A stretch of 64,000 nt of DNA, from assembly GCA_965113315.1 (NCBI GenBank), contig OZ220377.1; one strand, 5' to 3'. The DNA comes from Podarcis vaucheri. Taxonomy: Eukaryota. The position numbers and the translations under genes were made by a program. Numbering within the stretch: position 1 is the stretch's first letter; each line of letters opens with the position of its first letter. Positions 22,576 through 34,875 of the stretch are shown piece by piece. The notes beneath the pieces are model-generated. The model was given only the letters and a program-made list of their open reading frames with translations. It did not search any database and was not told the DNA's origin.

Positions 22576-25440
22576 ATTTTTTTTTTAAATACTTTTTATT
22601 AAGTTCCTTTTATGCATACAAAAAGAAAAAACAGATACATTTATCAAAATAAAACAGCACTTGAATACTGAAGTGCTGAATAAGAAAAAGGTATGAAAAA
22701 ACAAAAGAAAAAACGCAGACAAGAAAAAGACAAAAAGAGGACAAAGAAGGTTATAGCATATAAAAATAAAAGTTGACCACCTTCCCTACTGCCTTCGGGT
22801 ATTTGCTTTTAATAATTTCATTTTTACCGCTGGTGTATATTTCTGGTTTATACATCGGAAGTTTCATAACAGACCTGCTGTATTTGGTAAGTTCTTAAAA
22901 TTATTCTCAAAATAAAGCATAAATTTATCCCAATCTTCTTTTAACTTTGTATTTTTTTGATTTCTAATTCTTTGCGTCATTTTTGCCAATTCAATGAAGT
23001 CATATAATTTTAATTGCCAATCTCTCACCGTTGGGGGATTTGTACTTTTCCAATTTTGAGCGATTAACATTCTGGCCGCTGCTGTTGAGTATTGGAACAG
23101 AGTTTTATCTTTTTCTTGAATTTCTTTCCCTACCATCCCTAATAAGAAGGCCTCTGGGTTTTTGGGGAATGTGTATCTGAATATCTTTTTTAACTCGTCA
23201 TATATCTGACTCCAAAATTTTTTTATTTCCTCACATGTCCACCACATGTGTATAAAATTGCCTTCCTTTGTTTTACATTTCCAGCAGGCCTTGTTTTCAG
23301 TTTTGTACATCCTACTTAATTTTTCTGGTGTCAGGTACCATCTATATATCATCTTTCCTAAGTTTTCTCTAATTGCAGCGCTTGCTGTGAATTTTAAACC
23401 CTCATTCCACAGTTTTGACCATTTTTCATATTCTATATTATGCCCCAGATCTGTCGCCCACTTGACCATAACTTCCTTAATTACTTCATCTTTGGTGTCC
23501 CATTCCAGTAGTATATTATACATCTTAGATAAGATCTTTGATTTGCTTTCAATTATTTCAATCTGGAATTTAGACTTCTTTTCGTTCATTCCTATTTTTT
23601 TATCTTCTGTCCATTTCGCATTGATCTGATGGTATTGTAGCCAACCCGCCAGCTTCTCCTTCAACTCTTCGTATGATCTTAATCTCCAACTATCTTGGGA
23701 TCTTACCAGTAGCTCTTCATATGTCAATTTTTTCTCCTCCAAGTTTTTCTTTTTAATTGAAACAATATTTGTTGGGGATAACCACCAGGGTGTTCTTAGT
23801 TCTAACAATTTCTTATTTTTTCTCCAGACTTCATATAAGGGGCCTCTGATGATGTGATTCGAAAACCCTTTGTGTATTTTTTCTTTGTTTGCCCAGAGGT
23901 AGGCGTGCCAGCCAAACCTGTTATCGGCTCCTTCTAGGTCTAATAGGTCAGTATTCTCTAAGGTTATCCAATCTTTAACCCAGCAGAGGCAAGCCGCTTC
24001 ATAATATAATCTTAAATTAGGTACTGCCAGTCCTCCTCTCTCCTTTCGGTCCGTGAGAAGCTTAAATCTGATCCTTGGTCTTCTTCCCTGCCATATGAAT
24101 CTCGACAGAGCTTTCTGCCAGCCCTTGAATATTTTGAGCCCTCTGATGATAGGTATATTTTGAAATAAGAACAGCATCTTAGGGAGTATATTCATTTTTA
24201 TTGCTTCCATCCTGCCCAGCCATGAAAGGTTCACCCTATTCCAAACGTCTAGGTCTTTTTTCACTTTATTCCAGGTTGGCGTATAGTTGTCTTCAATTAG
24301 GTTTATATTTTTGGGAGTGAGCCAAATTCCCAGATATTTTATTCTTTTAGCTACTTTAATTTCGTATTGTCTCTCTAATCTTTCCTTCACGTCATTTCTC
24401 AAATTCTTCGTCAACATCTTTGTTTTAGTTTTGTTCAACTTGAAGCCCGATAATTTCCCATATTCTTCCATTAATTCTAATGCTTTGCCAATGCTTTCTT
24501 CCGGCTCTTCTAGGGATAACATCAGATCGTCTGCATATGCTTTTAACTTATATTCTTTAAATCCTATTTTAATTCCTTTAATCTCTGATCTTGACCTTAT
24601 TTTATTCGTTAGGACTTCTAGAACCAAAATGAATAAGGGCGGGGAGAGGGGACATCCCTGCCTTGTTCCTTTCTCTATTTTAAATTTATTCGTGAGATTG
24701 TTGTTTATTACCAATTTAGCTTGTTGGTTTGAATATATTGCCTGTATTCCTTTCAAGAATTCACCCTCAATCCCTACTTTTTCTATAGATTTTAATAGAA
24801 ACTGCCAAGAGACGTTATCGAATGCCTTTTCTGCATCTATGAAAATCAGGGACGCTGGAATATTATTATTAATCTCTAAATATTCAATTATATTTATAAC
24901 GTGTCTCACATTATCTTTCATAAATCTGTTTGGGAGGAAACCCACTTGATCTTTGTGAATTAAATTTGTTAAACATTTTTTCAATCTGCTCGCCATGATG
25001 TCAGCATATATTTTGTAATCGTTGTTTAATAACGAAATTGGCCTGTAATTTTTCATATTCAGTTTATCGGTGTCTGGTTTGGGGATTAATGTTATAATGG
25101 CTTCCCTCCAGGACTCGGGTATTCTCCCTCCTCTTAAGATGTTGTTCATGGTATCACAGAGTACTTGTGCCAGTTGGCCTCCCAGGACTTTATAGTATTT
25201 GGCCGATAAACCGTCAGGGCCTGGTGCTTTCCCCAGTTTCATTTTTTTTATTGCATTCTCAGTCTCTTCCATGCTTATGGGTCTATTTAGTTGAGCTCTT
25301 TCTTCTTCTGTGACGGTCTTCCCTGTACAACTCTCTAGGTATTTTTCTATTTGGGCTGGGTCCTCTTCTCCTTTCTTGTATAGCTCCTCATAGAATTTAA
25401 GGAAATTTTTTTGTATTCTTTTTGGATCTGTTTCCAGTGC
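22576..25440 (-). mobile_element. 5'-truncated L1-clade LINE with uninterrupted ORF2, 3' UTR, AATAAA and poly(A)
   Basis: Poly(T) at ~22576-22587 and TTTATT at ~22595-22600 on the plus strand; the ORF2 frame is open from ~25440 to 22864. No endonuclease domain and no clear TSD. Confidence 0.9.
22864..25437 (-). CDS. L1 ORF2 reverse transcriptase (N-terminally truncated, ~858 codons)
   Basis: Motifs KAPGPDG, YRPISLLNNDYKI, IDAEKAFD, GTRQGCPLSP, YADD and the C-terminal CWKC-x8-H-x4-C knuckle. The frame extends above the annotated ATG (LETDPKRIQKNFLKFYEELY...LNRPISM). Confidence 0.9.
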   Translation of the reverse strand: METDPKRIQKNFLKFYEELYKKGEEDPAQIEKYLESCTGKTVTEEERAQLNRPISMEETENAIKKMKLGKAPGPDGLSAKYYKVLGGQLAQVLCDTMNNILRGGRIPESWREAIITLIPKPDTDKLNMKNYRPISLLNNDYKIYADIMASRLKKCLTNLIHKDQVGFLPNRFMKDNVRHVINIIEYLEINNNIPASLIFIDAEKAFDNVSWQFLLKSIEKVGIEGEFLKGIQAIYSNQQAKLVINNNLTNKFKIEKGTRQGCPLSPPLFILVLEVLTNKIRSRSEIKGIKIGFKEYKLKAYADDLMLSLEEPEESIGKALELMEEYGKLSGFKLNKTKTKMLTKNLRNDVKERLERQYEIKVAKRIKYLGIWLTPKNINLIEDNYTPTWNKVKKDLDVWNRVNLSWLGRMEAIKMNILPKMLFLFQNIPIIRGLKIFKGWQKALSRFIWQGRRPRIRFKLLTDRKERGGLAVPNLRLYYEAACLCWVKDWITLENTDLLDLEGADNRFGWHAYLWANKEKIHKGFSNHIIRGPLYEVWRKNKKLLELRTPWWLSPTNIVSIKKKNLEEKKLTYEELLVRSQDSWRLRSYEELKEKLAGWLQYHQINAKWTEDKKIGMNEKKSKFQIEIIESKSKILSKMYNILLEWDTKDEVIKEVMVKWATDLGHNIEYEKWSKLWNEGLKFTASAAIRENLGKMIYRWYLTPEKLSRMYKTENKACWKCKTKEGNFIHMWWTCEEIKKFWSQIYDELKKIFRYTFPKNPEAFLLGMVGKEIQEKDKTLFQYSTAAARMLIAQNWKSTNPPTVRDWQLKLYDFIELAKMTQRIRNQKNTKLKEDWDKFMLYFENNFKNLPNTAGLL

Positions 25441-25872
25441 TCAGTCAACTTTTTATTCAAGGAAATGAACATACAACTCAGCGACACTTCCCAGTAGGTC
25501 TTGCCCCTGTGCAGCAGTTGTCAGGACTGACGGTCCCTGCCTTCTAGGGCTCCTCCTCTCCCCAGCAGTCTCAAACAGCTTCTGAGCATCTTTGGCCTCT
25601 GTTCCACTCTCATTATTCTGTGTGTTCTTGGAGACAAGGCTGGAGGGGAGCTTGTTACAGCAGGAGAGGGAGACTCCCTGGATTCCTCAGCAGTCTCTTG
25701 TCGCCCCTCCTCTGCTTCAGCCTTGGAGTCTGAACTGCTCCCTTTCACAAGTTCTTCCTGCTCACGAAACTTTGTTGGCCCTTCAGATCCTCCTCTCCAT
25801 CTTCTCCCTCTGACCTCCCCTCAGTGTCCAAATTGCAGAAATTGGCCTCTTTGCTTATAGTGACCACTGACA
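25441..25872 (-). mobile_element. Probable solo LTR fragment, interrupted by the L1
   Basis: The minus strand starts TGTCAG, has a TATAAG near the start and AATAAA at ~25461-25466. Its other end may be the short tgcgatatgccaaga at 22562-22576. No convincing TSD. Confidence 0.4.
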
Positions 25873-25999
25873 CATGGCTTTAAAAAAATAAAAAGGAGGA
25901 GACTAATTTGCAAATGCTGTATATGTATGCACATTTAAAAAATGATTTCTACCCTACTGAGTCATACAAAATAGAATGTTCTCTCAGGGAAAAACAAAC

Positions 26000-28740
26000 T
26001 TAAGAGTTACGAAGAAATCTGCTGCAAAAGGCTTCCACTTCTGACGACTCAGTCACTGCAACCTGAAAGAGCCACAGCACAAAGAGTTTCATACAGAACA
26101 CAGTACACAGATTTCCTCCCTAGCCAAGGAAGGGATACTCACCTAAATGTATGTCAATCATGGAATACCATTTCGACTAAAGCAGCACTGTCCCAATGCT
26201 GGTGACTCTCACTGCAGGGTTTTTCTTGAAGTATCAAGAGCTCTTATTGATACTGCATCTTTCTCGTCAACTGAACATATTTGTTTCAGGTCCAGTGAGC
26301 TCTGGGAAGCCTGAAGAAAGGAGGAGCTGGAGCAAAAGAAGAAGTCTTCTCCTACCTGCAGGTGACTCTCACTGTGGTGACACGGAATAGGGCCTCTTCT
26401 GACGACTCAGTCACCGCAACCTGAAAGAGTCTTAGCACAAAGAGTTGCAGATGGAACACAATAGCAGGGGAGCGCAGGTATCTTACACCCTTGACCGAAG
26501 AACGGTACACTCCTCCAATCTGGGATGGTCGTCCTCTTCCACCGAGTGCGCCACTTCGGGAGGGATGCACATGGAGTGGTGAGGGATACAGCATAATCCA
26601 CCCCCTTAACACATTTGTCAGTGAAATCATAGGCCATGATTTTAGAGGTATTACTACCACAGCCACATTACGTACCAGTGATAGTTTTGCCTGCCCTTTT
26701 GACGTCCGTTTCCCATTGATTATGTAATCTTGTCATTGCTGCTGGAAAGGCCAGTCCTTTCAGTACAGCTCTACTCACTACAACGCTTCTCAAGCATTCG
26801 TTCTCCCTCCACTGGAATCCTCCACTTGCAAGACACACTGGAGACATATTCCAGAGTTCAAGGCTCCATTTTAAGATGGGAATATACAGAAAGGAGAGAC
26901 CAGTACAAAAGCATTGCAGATCACTGAGTAGTCTTCATCCAAAGACTAATTAGTTTGTAAGGTAAATAAAACCTTAAGACTTTAAAGTGTCTTAGCACAA
27001 GAATTGCAGGTGGAAAAGAGATTTTCTCTCCAGCCAAGCACGAGATACTCACCTAGAAGCCCTTCAGTCAGAATACATGCAACTGTGTTGTTACTTTAAT
27101 TATGATGTAGCGTTTCAAGTTTACTTGTTAGGTGTTTGCACTTGTCGCCACTTCTGACAAATCAAGAGCATTTAAAAGTTACCTTCCTTCAACTGCAGCG
27201 CTAGTTTCCAAAGGACGCTGGCTGCTAGATTTGCTTTTTAAATTGGTATTTTAAATATATTACCTTCAGTGCTAGAGGATCCAAGTTTTTTTGTATAAAC
27301 GCTTTGTGTTGTCTGAGCTATGTGCTAAGTAGCTGTTCCTAGAAGATGCTTAGCAAAAATAAAGTAAAATCCAAAATCCTTGGTTATTCCCATAGAGAGT
27401 CACATTACACATCAGGGATAATTTTGCCTGGCCTGTTCCATAGTTACCATTTGAGCTCCATTTCCCATATCTTTTTGTAATCTTGCAGGTTCTGCTGGAA
27501 AGGCTTAGTGGAGTTGATGTTCTCGTCTGCTTCCTCATTTGATCCTCACAAGAACCCTTTGAGGCTGAGAGATAGAGAGCTTCATGGCAGAGGGAGGATT
27601 TGAACTCTAGACTCCCAGGTCCTAATCCACCACTCTAGCCACTCTCAGGAACTTCCCTCAGAGAAAGCACTTTCCCACGGGATCCTGGACTTGCCATGTC
27701 CCTGAGCAGTCACTCTCCAGTCACCATCAGCAGGTTCATCCTCAAAATGCTTTATTGGCCTTTTCAGCAAGTTTTTAACTTACCTGTCTTTCTCTCCTTC
27801 CAAGGCAACCTGAGCAAACGTGAAATCAGAAGGAACGGTTTTGTCCTCTCCCTGTCTTCTTTGCTCTTTTTTTTCCTCCACATGCACATTTCTAGCTTCA
27901 ACAACCAAAAATTCAAACTTTTCATTCATGAAACGACTTGTCTCACTGGCTTTTAAAAGAAAAGCCTTCTATTTTCCCTACTCATTCTCCCACTGCTTTA
28001 AGCAGACTTCCTATCCATGTACCCTTTGATGTGCGCCTTCTTTTCATCCAAATACTCATTAGTTTGAAAGGTAAATAAAACTTGATTCCCCCCTTCACAT
28101 ACCTTCATTTATCTTTATTTTCTCTTGGCTTTTCCAGTCCAGGATTTTTAATTTTCCTGGTTCTCTTTAAAATCTCCATCTTGGTATTTTTCTCAGTTTT
28201 CAGTTTAAATTTTGCTTGGCTAAACTCTTTTGGGGGGACATTCTCAAAGTCCATCATCAGTCTACAATTTACTGTCCCTGTGTTATTAGGATTAAGTCTT
28301 TTTTGATCTTCTATTTTTCTTCAGTTTCCTTTTAGTTTAAAATTTAAAGCTTCTCCTAACACTTTTTAGGGAGAAAAACCTGACTAACATATATTCACGC
28401 AGTATTTGAAATCAACCACAGCAGAGATCACAGATGAAAATTACCTGTGTCCCTTTTTAAAGTTGTAAACAATGAATTTCAGCAGAGTAAAACCCCTTCA
28501 TTTACTCTAAAAAAATAAAAAAAAATCCCAATGGTTTTGAAAAGTAATCTAACCTAAACTGGTTTCAGTTGCCTTTTCAAACCTGTTTCATCTTCCCCAG
28601 CCTCCCTCTCCTAATCCCTCTGCCCATTAGCTCCTTCAGCTCCGACCAGTGAGAGGGCTAAAACCAGCATCACAGCCCAGGACAGGCTCACTCACCAGAA
28701 TGCAGCTCGCTCCTTCCGCCACCAGTAGGTCATAACCACA
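26000..28740 (-). pseudogene. Possible decayed multi-exon unit with internal duplications; product unknown
   Basis: About 11 consensus minus-strand donors, repeated ctttcag|GTTGC acceptors and duplicated blocks. No continuous spliced ORF found. Confidence 0.35.
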
Positions 28741-29378
28741 CATAAAAAGTCCCTTGGAGCATTAATACAGTGGGTGCAAATGTCTTTATTTTTTACATGG
28801 GGTCACTTCAGGGTTTTGATGGGGAAGGAGTATTTTCTTTCCAAATTAATACATTCTGGAAATACAAGGGAATTGAATTTGTAATCCACCCAAATCTCAT
28901 GGATTACAAACTACAGGAACATGACCTGTACATGAAAATAAGGGAAAGACTATGGGAAGAGGGGCTGGCTTGGATCTCAGTGGCCCCCACTGAATTATAT
29001 GCAATCTGGGGCACAGCTGGAAAGGACAGCAGTTGCTTCTCACTCCTGATATTTATGCTGTGTATACACAACATTCTATGATAGAATGAATGAAGACTGG
29101 GTGCTTGTTGTTGTTTTTTTTTAAAAAAAATGGATTACAAAGAAAGAAAGTGGGGAGTAATTTTAAATCATTGCTCTTGTTTTTAGCATACTGGCCATCT
29201 TTCCATTGAAAATTGCTGTGTTGAAATATAATACCTGGTTGGTGGATGGGAAGGGTTTGGAGTGACTGAAATACCGTAGATGTGCAGCTCCACTAATTAC
29301 AGAAGAAAATTCATTTCACTATGACGATTAAAAACCTCAGTGTTTGATGCTTAAGAATGCCTTGTGAAGTTTAAAGTT

Positions 29379-29794
29379 ATAATAATAATAATAATAATTT
29401 ATTATTTATACCCCGCCCATCTGGCTGGGCCTCCCCAGCCACTCTGGGCGGCTTCCATAAAAACCAAAAATACAATAAAATATCACACGTTAAAAACTTC
29501 CCTGAACAGGGCTGCCTTAAGATGTCTCCTGAATGTCAGGTAGTTGTTTATCGCCTTGACATCTGCTGGAAGGGTGTTCCACAGGGCGGGCGCCACTACC
29601 GAGAAGGCCCTCTGCCTGGTTCCCTGTAGCTTTGCTTCTCGCAATGAGGGAACCGCCAGAAGGCCCTCGGCGCTGGACCTCAGCGTCCGGGCAGAATGAT
29701 GGGGGTGGAGACGCTCCTTCAGGTATACTGGACCGAGGCCGTTTAGGGCTTTAAAGGTCAGCACCAACACTTTGAATTGTGCTCGGAAACGTAC
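29379..29794 (-). mobile_element. L2-type LINE 3' fragment
   Basis: ORF 29483-29851 reads RFRAQFKVLVLTFKALNGLGPVYLKERL...; (AAT)n tail on the plus strand; close match to 21783-22145. Confidence 0.85.
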
Positions 29795-32140
29795 TCTTAC
29801 TCGGAAATGCTCTTTTCTCTGTTCTATCTCTGTCTTAACTTTAACTGCCATGACATGATTGCATAATTATTGTAGCTCGCAAAACTGAGTGAATCTTAGC
29901 ACAATGTGTAAAGGCACTTTCCAGATAATCATCACTGAAGTTAGACTTATTTTACAGGAAAGTAGTTAGAGGTGAGAGACCATGTGAAATTGCTTTGGAT
30001 ATGGTTTTATCCTGCTATTCACCTCAGTTGTGTAATGCATGATGTCATTCATCCATTTGCCATTGCCAATAGATTCAAAACTCTCCTAATCAGCGTTCAT
30101 TTTTAAAGGAATCTGCCTTGTTTGGTGCACTTCTTTCTTGCATTGGGCAAGGAAAACATTGCCACTGAGAGAGAGTAGAAGGCTGATCTGTTAGAAGATG
30201 GTAAACTGGTATTTTCCTTTAACATTTTAGCAGCCACTGGCCCATTTGAAAATGGAGGCTGACTGGTAGTATTCCAAATAAGACCACACTTGACTTGTCT
30301 AGCTTGATATCCTAACTACATATAAGGTTTTTGCTTGAAATGATAGCTTGTTTGCATGACTATTCAGTAACTATTTTCTCCTATGAGCTTCAACATCTGC
30401 AGTTGACAACATACATTAAAAGTGAAAGAACTGTGTTTGGAAATAGAAAAAAACCTCAAATATTGTTATATTCATCCCAGTTCTCTGAATACCAAGAATT
30501 CCAGGGGTGAGGCATGCTTTTTGTGGTTGTTACATTTATTGCCTGTACTTCACCAGTAAGTCCCAGGGCTACAATTTAAAATTCAGTATTTAAAATGGTA
30601 TTAAAAAGAGTATGTTCCTTTGGACGGAGATCACTCATATGGCATTTTGAAATAGTTTCTGCCGCACCAAGATTGTCTTGAAAACAACAGAGCACAAAAC
30701 ACATGACATGGAATTCTCAAGCATGTTCATCAAATGTTAAAGGGTATTTATCTACCAGCATTCTCCCGCTAATCGAGTTAAATTTGTCTGTCTGTCTTTT
30801 ACAGGAAGACCAATCAAAGAGGAAATCTCATGACAATATTGACCTACAAAAAATGAAAGATTCCTACCAGTAATGTTGCTTAAAAGGTCCATACCTGGAG
30901 ACTAGCCTGCGATGGAGAATAATCTAATATTGTTTGATTTTTTAATGTAATAATGTTTTGCCACACTGCATAAAATTTTCTGGATTGTCCAGTCCTTTTA
31001 TCAATCACATTTGATCCTTATTTTCTCTGCATTTTTCTGTGCTTTGTAATAGTTGCACTTATTTGCAAATGTGCAGGCAGAGCAGGGTCTGTGTCAACAG
31101 CTGGGGTGGGTGGGCAATTGTTGTGATCCCATGTGCCATTCAGGGGTCTACTGAATGGGCCCCCTGGACCCGCTCTACCTTTTCACCATTGCAATGTGCT
31201 TGTTCACCCAACTCTCACTCTGGCCAGGTGGTTTGAAGGAAGGGCTGTAGAAGCAGGAGCCACGGACTGCTTGCTCATTGATTTTTTTGCCTGAAAAGCA
31301 CACAGCAAATGGAGAAGAGAAGCAGCTGGCAATAATAGCATGGAGGGTATAGAATCACTGAGGAAACAGGGGCCCATGGAGTGTTCTTGCCCTTTCTCCC
31401 TTCAGTCCTTGGAACTAGCATTGAGGTTGAACATAGGGGAAGGTTCACAGCTATAAACATGCCACTGCTTTCAAATCAGATCTCCAGGGAAACAACCTAT
31501 TTCCAGAGCCCAAACAAAAATGTCACCCTGTCTCTCTATGCCGGGGTGGGCAGAAGGTAGACCACAATCTACTAGTAGACCTCTGAGTGATTTGCCAAAG
31601 ATCTACAAGAGTTCCTGACTCCCAGTTATTTAACATATACATACTTATTTGATCACTTTGATCCTGCATTGCAGGGCATTGGACTAGATGCCCTCGTGAT
31701 CCCTTCCAGCTCTACAATTCGTATGATTCTATGATCTCCATAACTTGCACCTTTAAAAGTTCCACCTAATGACTATATTCAGACAGCACTTTATTCCATT
31801 TTTCCTCACATTTTCTTCCCTGTTAATTTTCACATTTTATTGATGTTTCACATAATGTAAAATACACTTCTGGAAATCTAATACAATCTGGTAGAAGTCT
31901 AATGTTCATTTCCATGTTAATTACTTACTTTTAAAAAAGAGGTTTGCAACCCTTTTTACCTGCCTGGTTGTGTGCCATAATTTTCCTGTGGTTTTCATGG
32001 ATTGCTGCTCATGTGATGTGTTTTTTTTTTGGGGGGGGGGAGCATTCCAGCATATGGCTTCAGTGGAGTGGGGGGGGGGCAGCACTTTTCCATTTCACCT
32101 CAGGCAGTTGAAATGGTACATGCCGCCCCTACCTCAGAGG

Positions 32141-33005
32141 TAATAATAAATAATAAATAAAATTTTATTTACACCCCGCCCTTCCCGGTTCAAAAACCAG
32201 GCTCAGGGCGGCTAACAACAAATTTTAAACACTTAATTGATGCAACAAGAAACAGCATAAAATACAGTATAAAACATGAATAACAATAAATTCAGAATTC
32301 AAAAATCAATTTAGGGGGAAAATCCATCCAATAAACATTAGATGATCATGAGGGCTAGCTGGCTAAATTAGTCCTATTTGGGCCAGCGAGGAGACCAGGG
32401 GAGAATTAGCTGTGGAATCCCAGAGCAGGTAATCTTCATAAAAAGGGGAGGTGGAGGGAAGTAAGGGGAATAAAAGATCAGGCTAAGTTCAAATTGAAAG
32501 CCAGGCGGAATAGCTCTGTCTTACAGGCCCTGCGGAAGGAGGTTAAATCCTGCAGGGCCCTGGTCTCATGGGACAGAGCATTCCACCAGGTCGGAGCCAT
32601 CACTGAGAAGGCCCTGGCCCTGGTGGAGGATAATGTGATTTCCTTATGACCCGGGACCTCTAAACTATGATTATTCATGGACCTTAAGGTCTTCTGCAGG
32701 GCATACCAGAATAGGCTTTCCCGTAAATACGAGTCCCTAAGCCACAAAGGGCATTAAAGGTCAAAACCAGCACCTTAAACCTGACCCTATACTCCACCGG
32801 GAGCCAGTGCAACTAGTAAAGCACTGGGTGAATATGCTCTCATGGCAGGGACCCCGTGAGGAGCCTCGCTGCAGCATTCTGAATTCTGCACCCACTGGAG
32901 TTTCTGGGACAGTTTCAAGGGCATCCCCGCATAGAGCGAATTACAGTAGTCAAGCCTGGAGGGGACCGTCGCATGGATCACTGTGGCCTCGTCGGGGCGG
33001 GAAAG
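32141..33005 (-). mobile_element. L2-type LINE 3' fragment (second family, decayed)
   Basis: Translations ATVIHATVPSRLDYCNSLYAGMPLK and RAFSVMAPTWWNALS...FRRACKTELF; (AAAT)n tail. Confidence 0.8.
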
Positions 33006-33068
33006 GTAAGGGGCCAAAGGTGAGGTACCCCATCCTTTCATTCTAATTTAATGTCTTTTGCACCTGGC

Positions 33069-33386
33069 CAGGGCTGGATTTAGGTTTGATGAGGCCCTAA
33101 GCTAATGAAGGCAATGGGGCCCTTTATATGTCCAGCTCTCCTTTGTCAACAACAAATTGTCGCTGTTTTTTTGTGTTGAATATATGCTATATATGCCCAT
33201 TACTCACATCATAGGAGCCTACACAACACAAAACACTGCTGCTGTATGTAGGTTTTATTTTATTTTTTATCTTATATTTTGGAAGTGTACATCTAGTTTT
33301 TTTCCCTTTAATTTTTTTTGGGGGACTCCCAAGAGAGTGGGGTCCTAAGCTATAGCTTGTTTAGCTTATACATAAATCTGGGACTG
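33069..33386. mobile_element. hAT-type MITE with an 8-bp TSD
   Basis: TIRs CAGGGCTGGATTTA and CAGTCCCAGATTTA (revcomp of the right end). TSD CACCTGGC at 33061-33068 and 33387-33394. Confidence 0.85.
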
Positions 33387-33700
33387 CACCTGGCTCTGCT
33401 TGGTTGATCTTGACGTTCTAGTAGACAATCAGAGTAAATCTGCCAGGCCTGAAGTCTGCCCAATTCCGTTCTGCAGCTTTCTCTCCAACTGCTGTTTCTT
33501 CACACACAGGCAGCTTGAATCACATCTTCCCTGCAAGGGGAAGGGGGGGGGGAGTAAATCCCCTTCTACAACAGCTCCCCGTTATGCCAAAGCCAGCTGC
33601 AGATGCCACTGGTTGCTTTTAAGGGCTTTCTGGGTTGCAGGAATGTGTTGATTTGATTTATTTATTTAATGTAGCCATTGTTCAGAGATTTTGATGACAA

Positions 33701-34875
33701 TAGAATCATAGAATCATAGAGTTGGAAGAGACCACAAGGGCCATCGAGTCCAACCCCCTGCCAAGCAGGAAACACCATCAGAGCACTCCTGACATATGGT
33801 TGTCAAGCCTCTGCTTAAAGACCTCCAAAGTAGGAGACTCCACCACACTCCTTGGCAGCAAATTCCACTGTCGAACAGCTCTTACTGTCAGGAAGTTCTT
33901 CCTAATGTTTAGGTGGAATCTTCTTTCTTGTAGTTTGGATCCATTGCTCCGTGTCCGCTTCTCCGGAGCAGCAGAAAACAACCTTTCTCCCTCCTCTATA
34001 TGACATCCTTTTATATATTTGAACATGGCTATCATATCACCCCTTAACCTCCTCTTCTCCAGGCTAAACATGCCCAGCTCCCTTAGCCGTTCCTCATAAG
34101 GCATCGTTTCCAGGCCTTTGACCATTTTGGTTGCCCTCCTCTGGACACGTTCCAGTTTGTCAGTGTCCTTCTTGAATTGTGGTGCCCAGAACTGGACACA
34201 GTACTCCAGGTGTGGTCTGACCAGAGCAGAATACAGTGGCACTATTACTTCCCTTGATCTAGATGCTATACTCCTATTGATGCAGCCCAGAATTGCATTG
34301 GCTTTTTTAGCTGCCGCATCACACTGTTGGCTCATGTCAAGTTTGTGGTCAACCAAGACTCCTAGATCCTTTTCACATGTACTGCTCTCAAGCCAGGTGT
34401 CACCCATCTTGTATTTGTGCCTCTCATTTGTTTTGCCCAAGTGCAATACTTTACATTTCTCCCTGTTAAAATTCATCTTGTTTATTTTTGCCCAGTTCTC
34501 TAATCTGTCAAGGTCGTTTTGAAGTGTGATCCTGTCCTCTGGGGTGTTAGCCACCCCTCCCAGTTTGGTGTCATCTGCAAATTTGATCAGGATGCCCTTG
34601 AGTCCATCATCCAAGTCGTTGATAAAGATGTTGAATAAGACCGGGCCCAAGACAGAACCCTGTGGCACCCCACTAGTCACTCTTTTCCAGGATGAAGAGG
34701 AACCATTGATGAGCACCCTTTGGGTTCGGTCAGCCAGCCAGTTACAAATCCACTGAGTGGTAGCATAGTCAAGACCGCATTTTACCAGCTTCTTTACAAG
34801 AATATCATGGGGCACCTTGTCAAATGCCTTGCTGAAATCAAGGTAGGCTACATCCACTGCGTTCCCTTCATCTAC
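33701..34875 (-). mobile_element. Young CR1 LINE, 5'-truncated (RT C-terminal 359 aa, open)
   Basis: [24 protein letters not shown]; (ATTCTATG)n tail; near-identical to the 3' 1.17 kb of the 37194-40503 copy. Confidence 0.95.

Noticed and set aside
23246-24949. Plus-strand ORFs inside the L1, and similar antisense ORFs inside the CR1 copies
   Set aside because: Antisense shadows of the RT ORFs.
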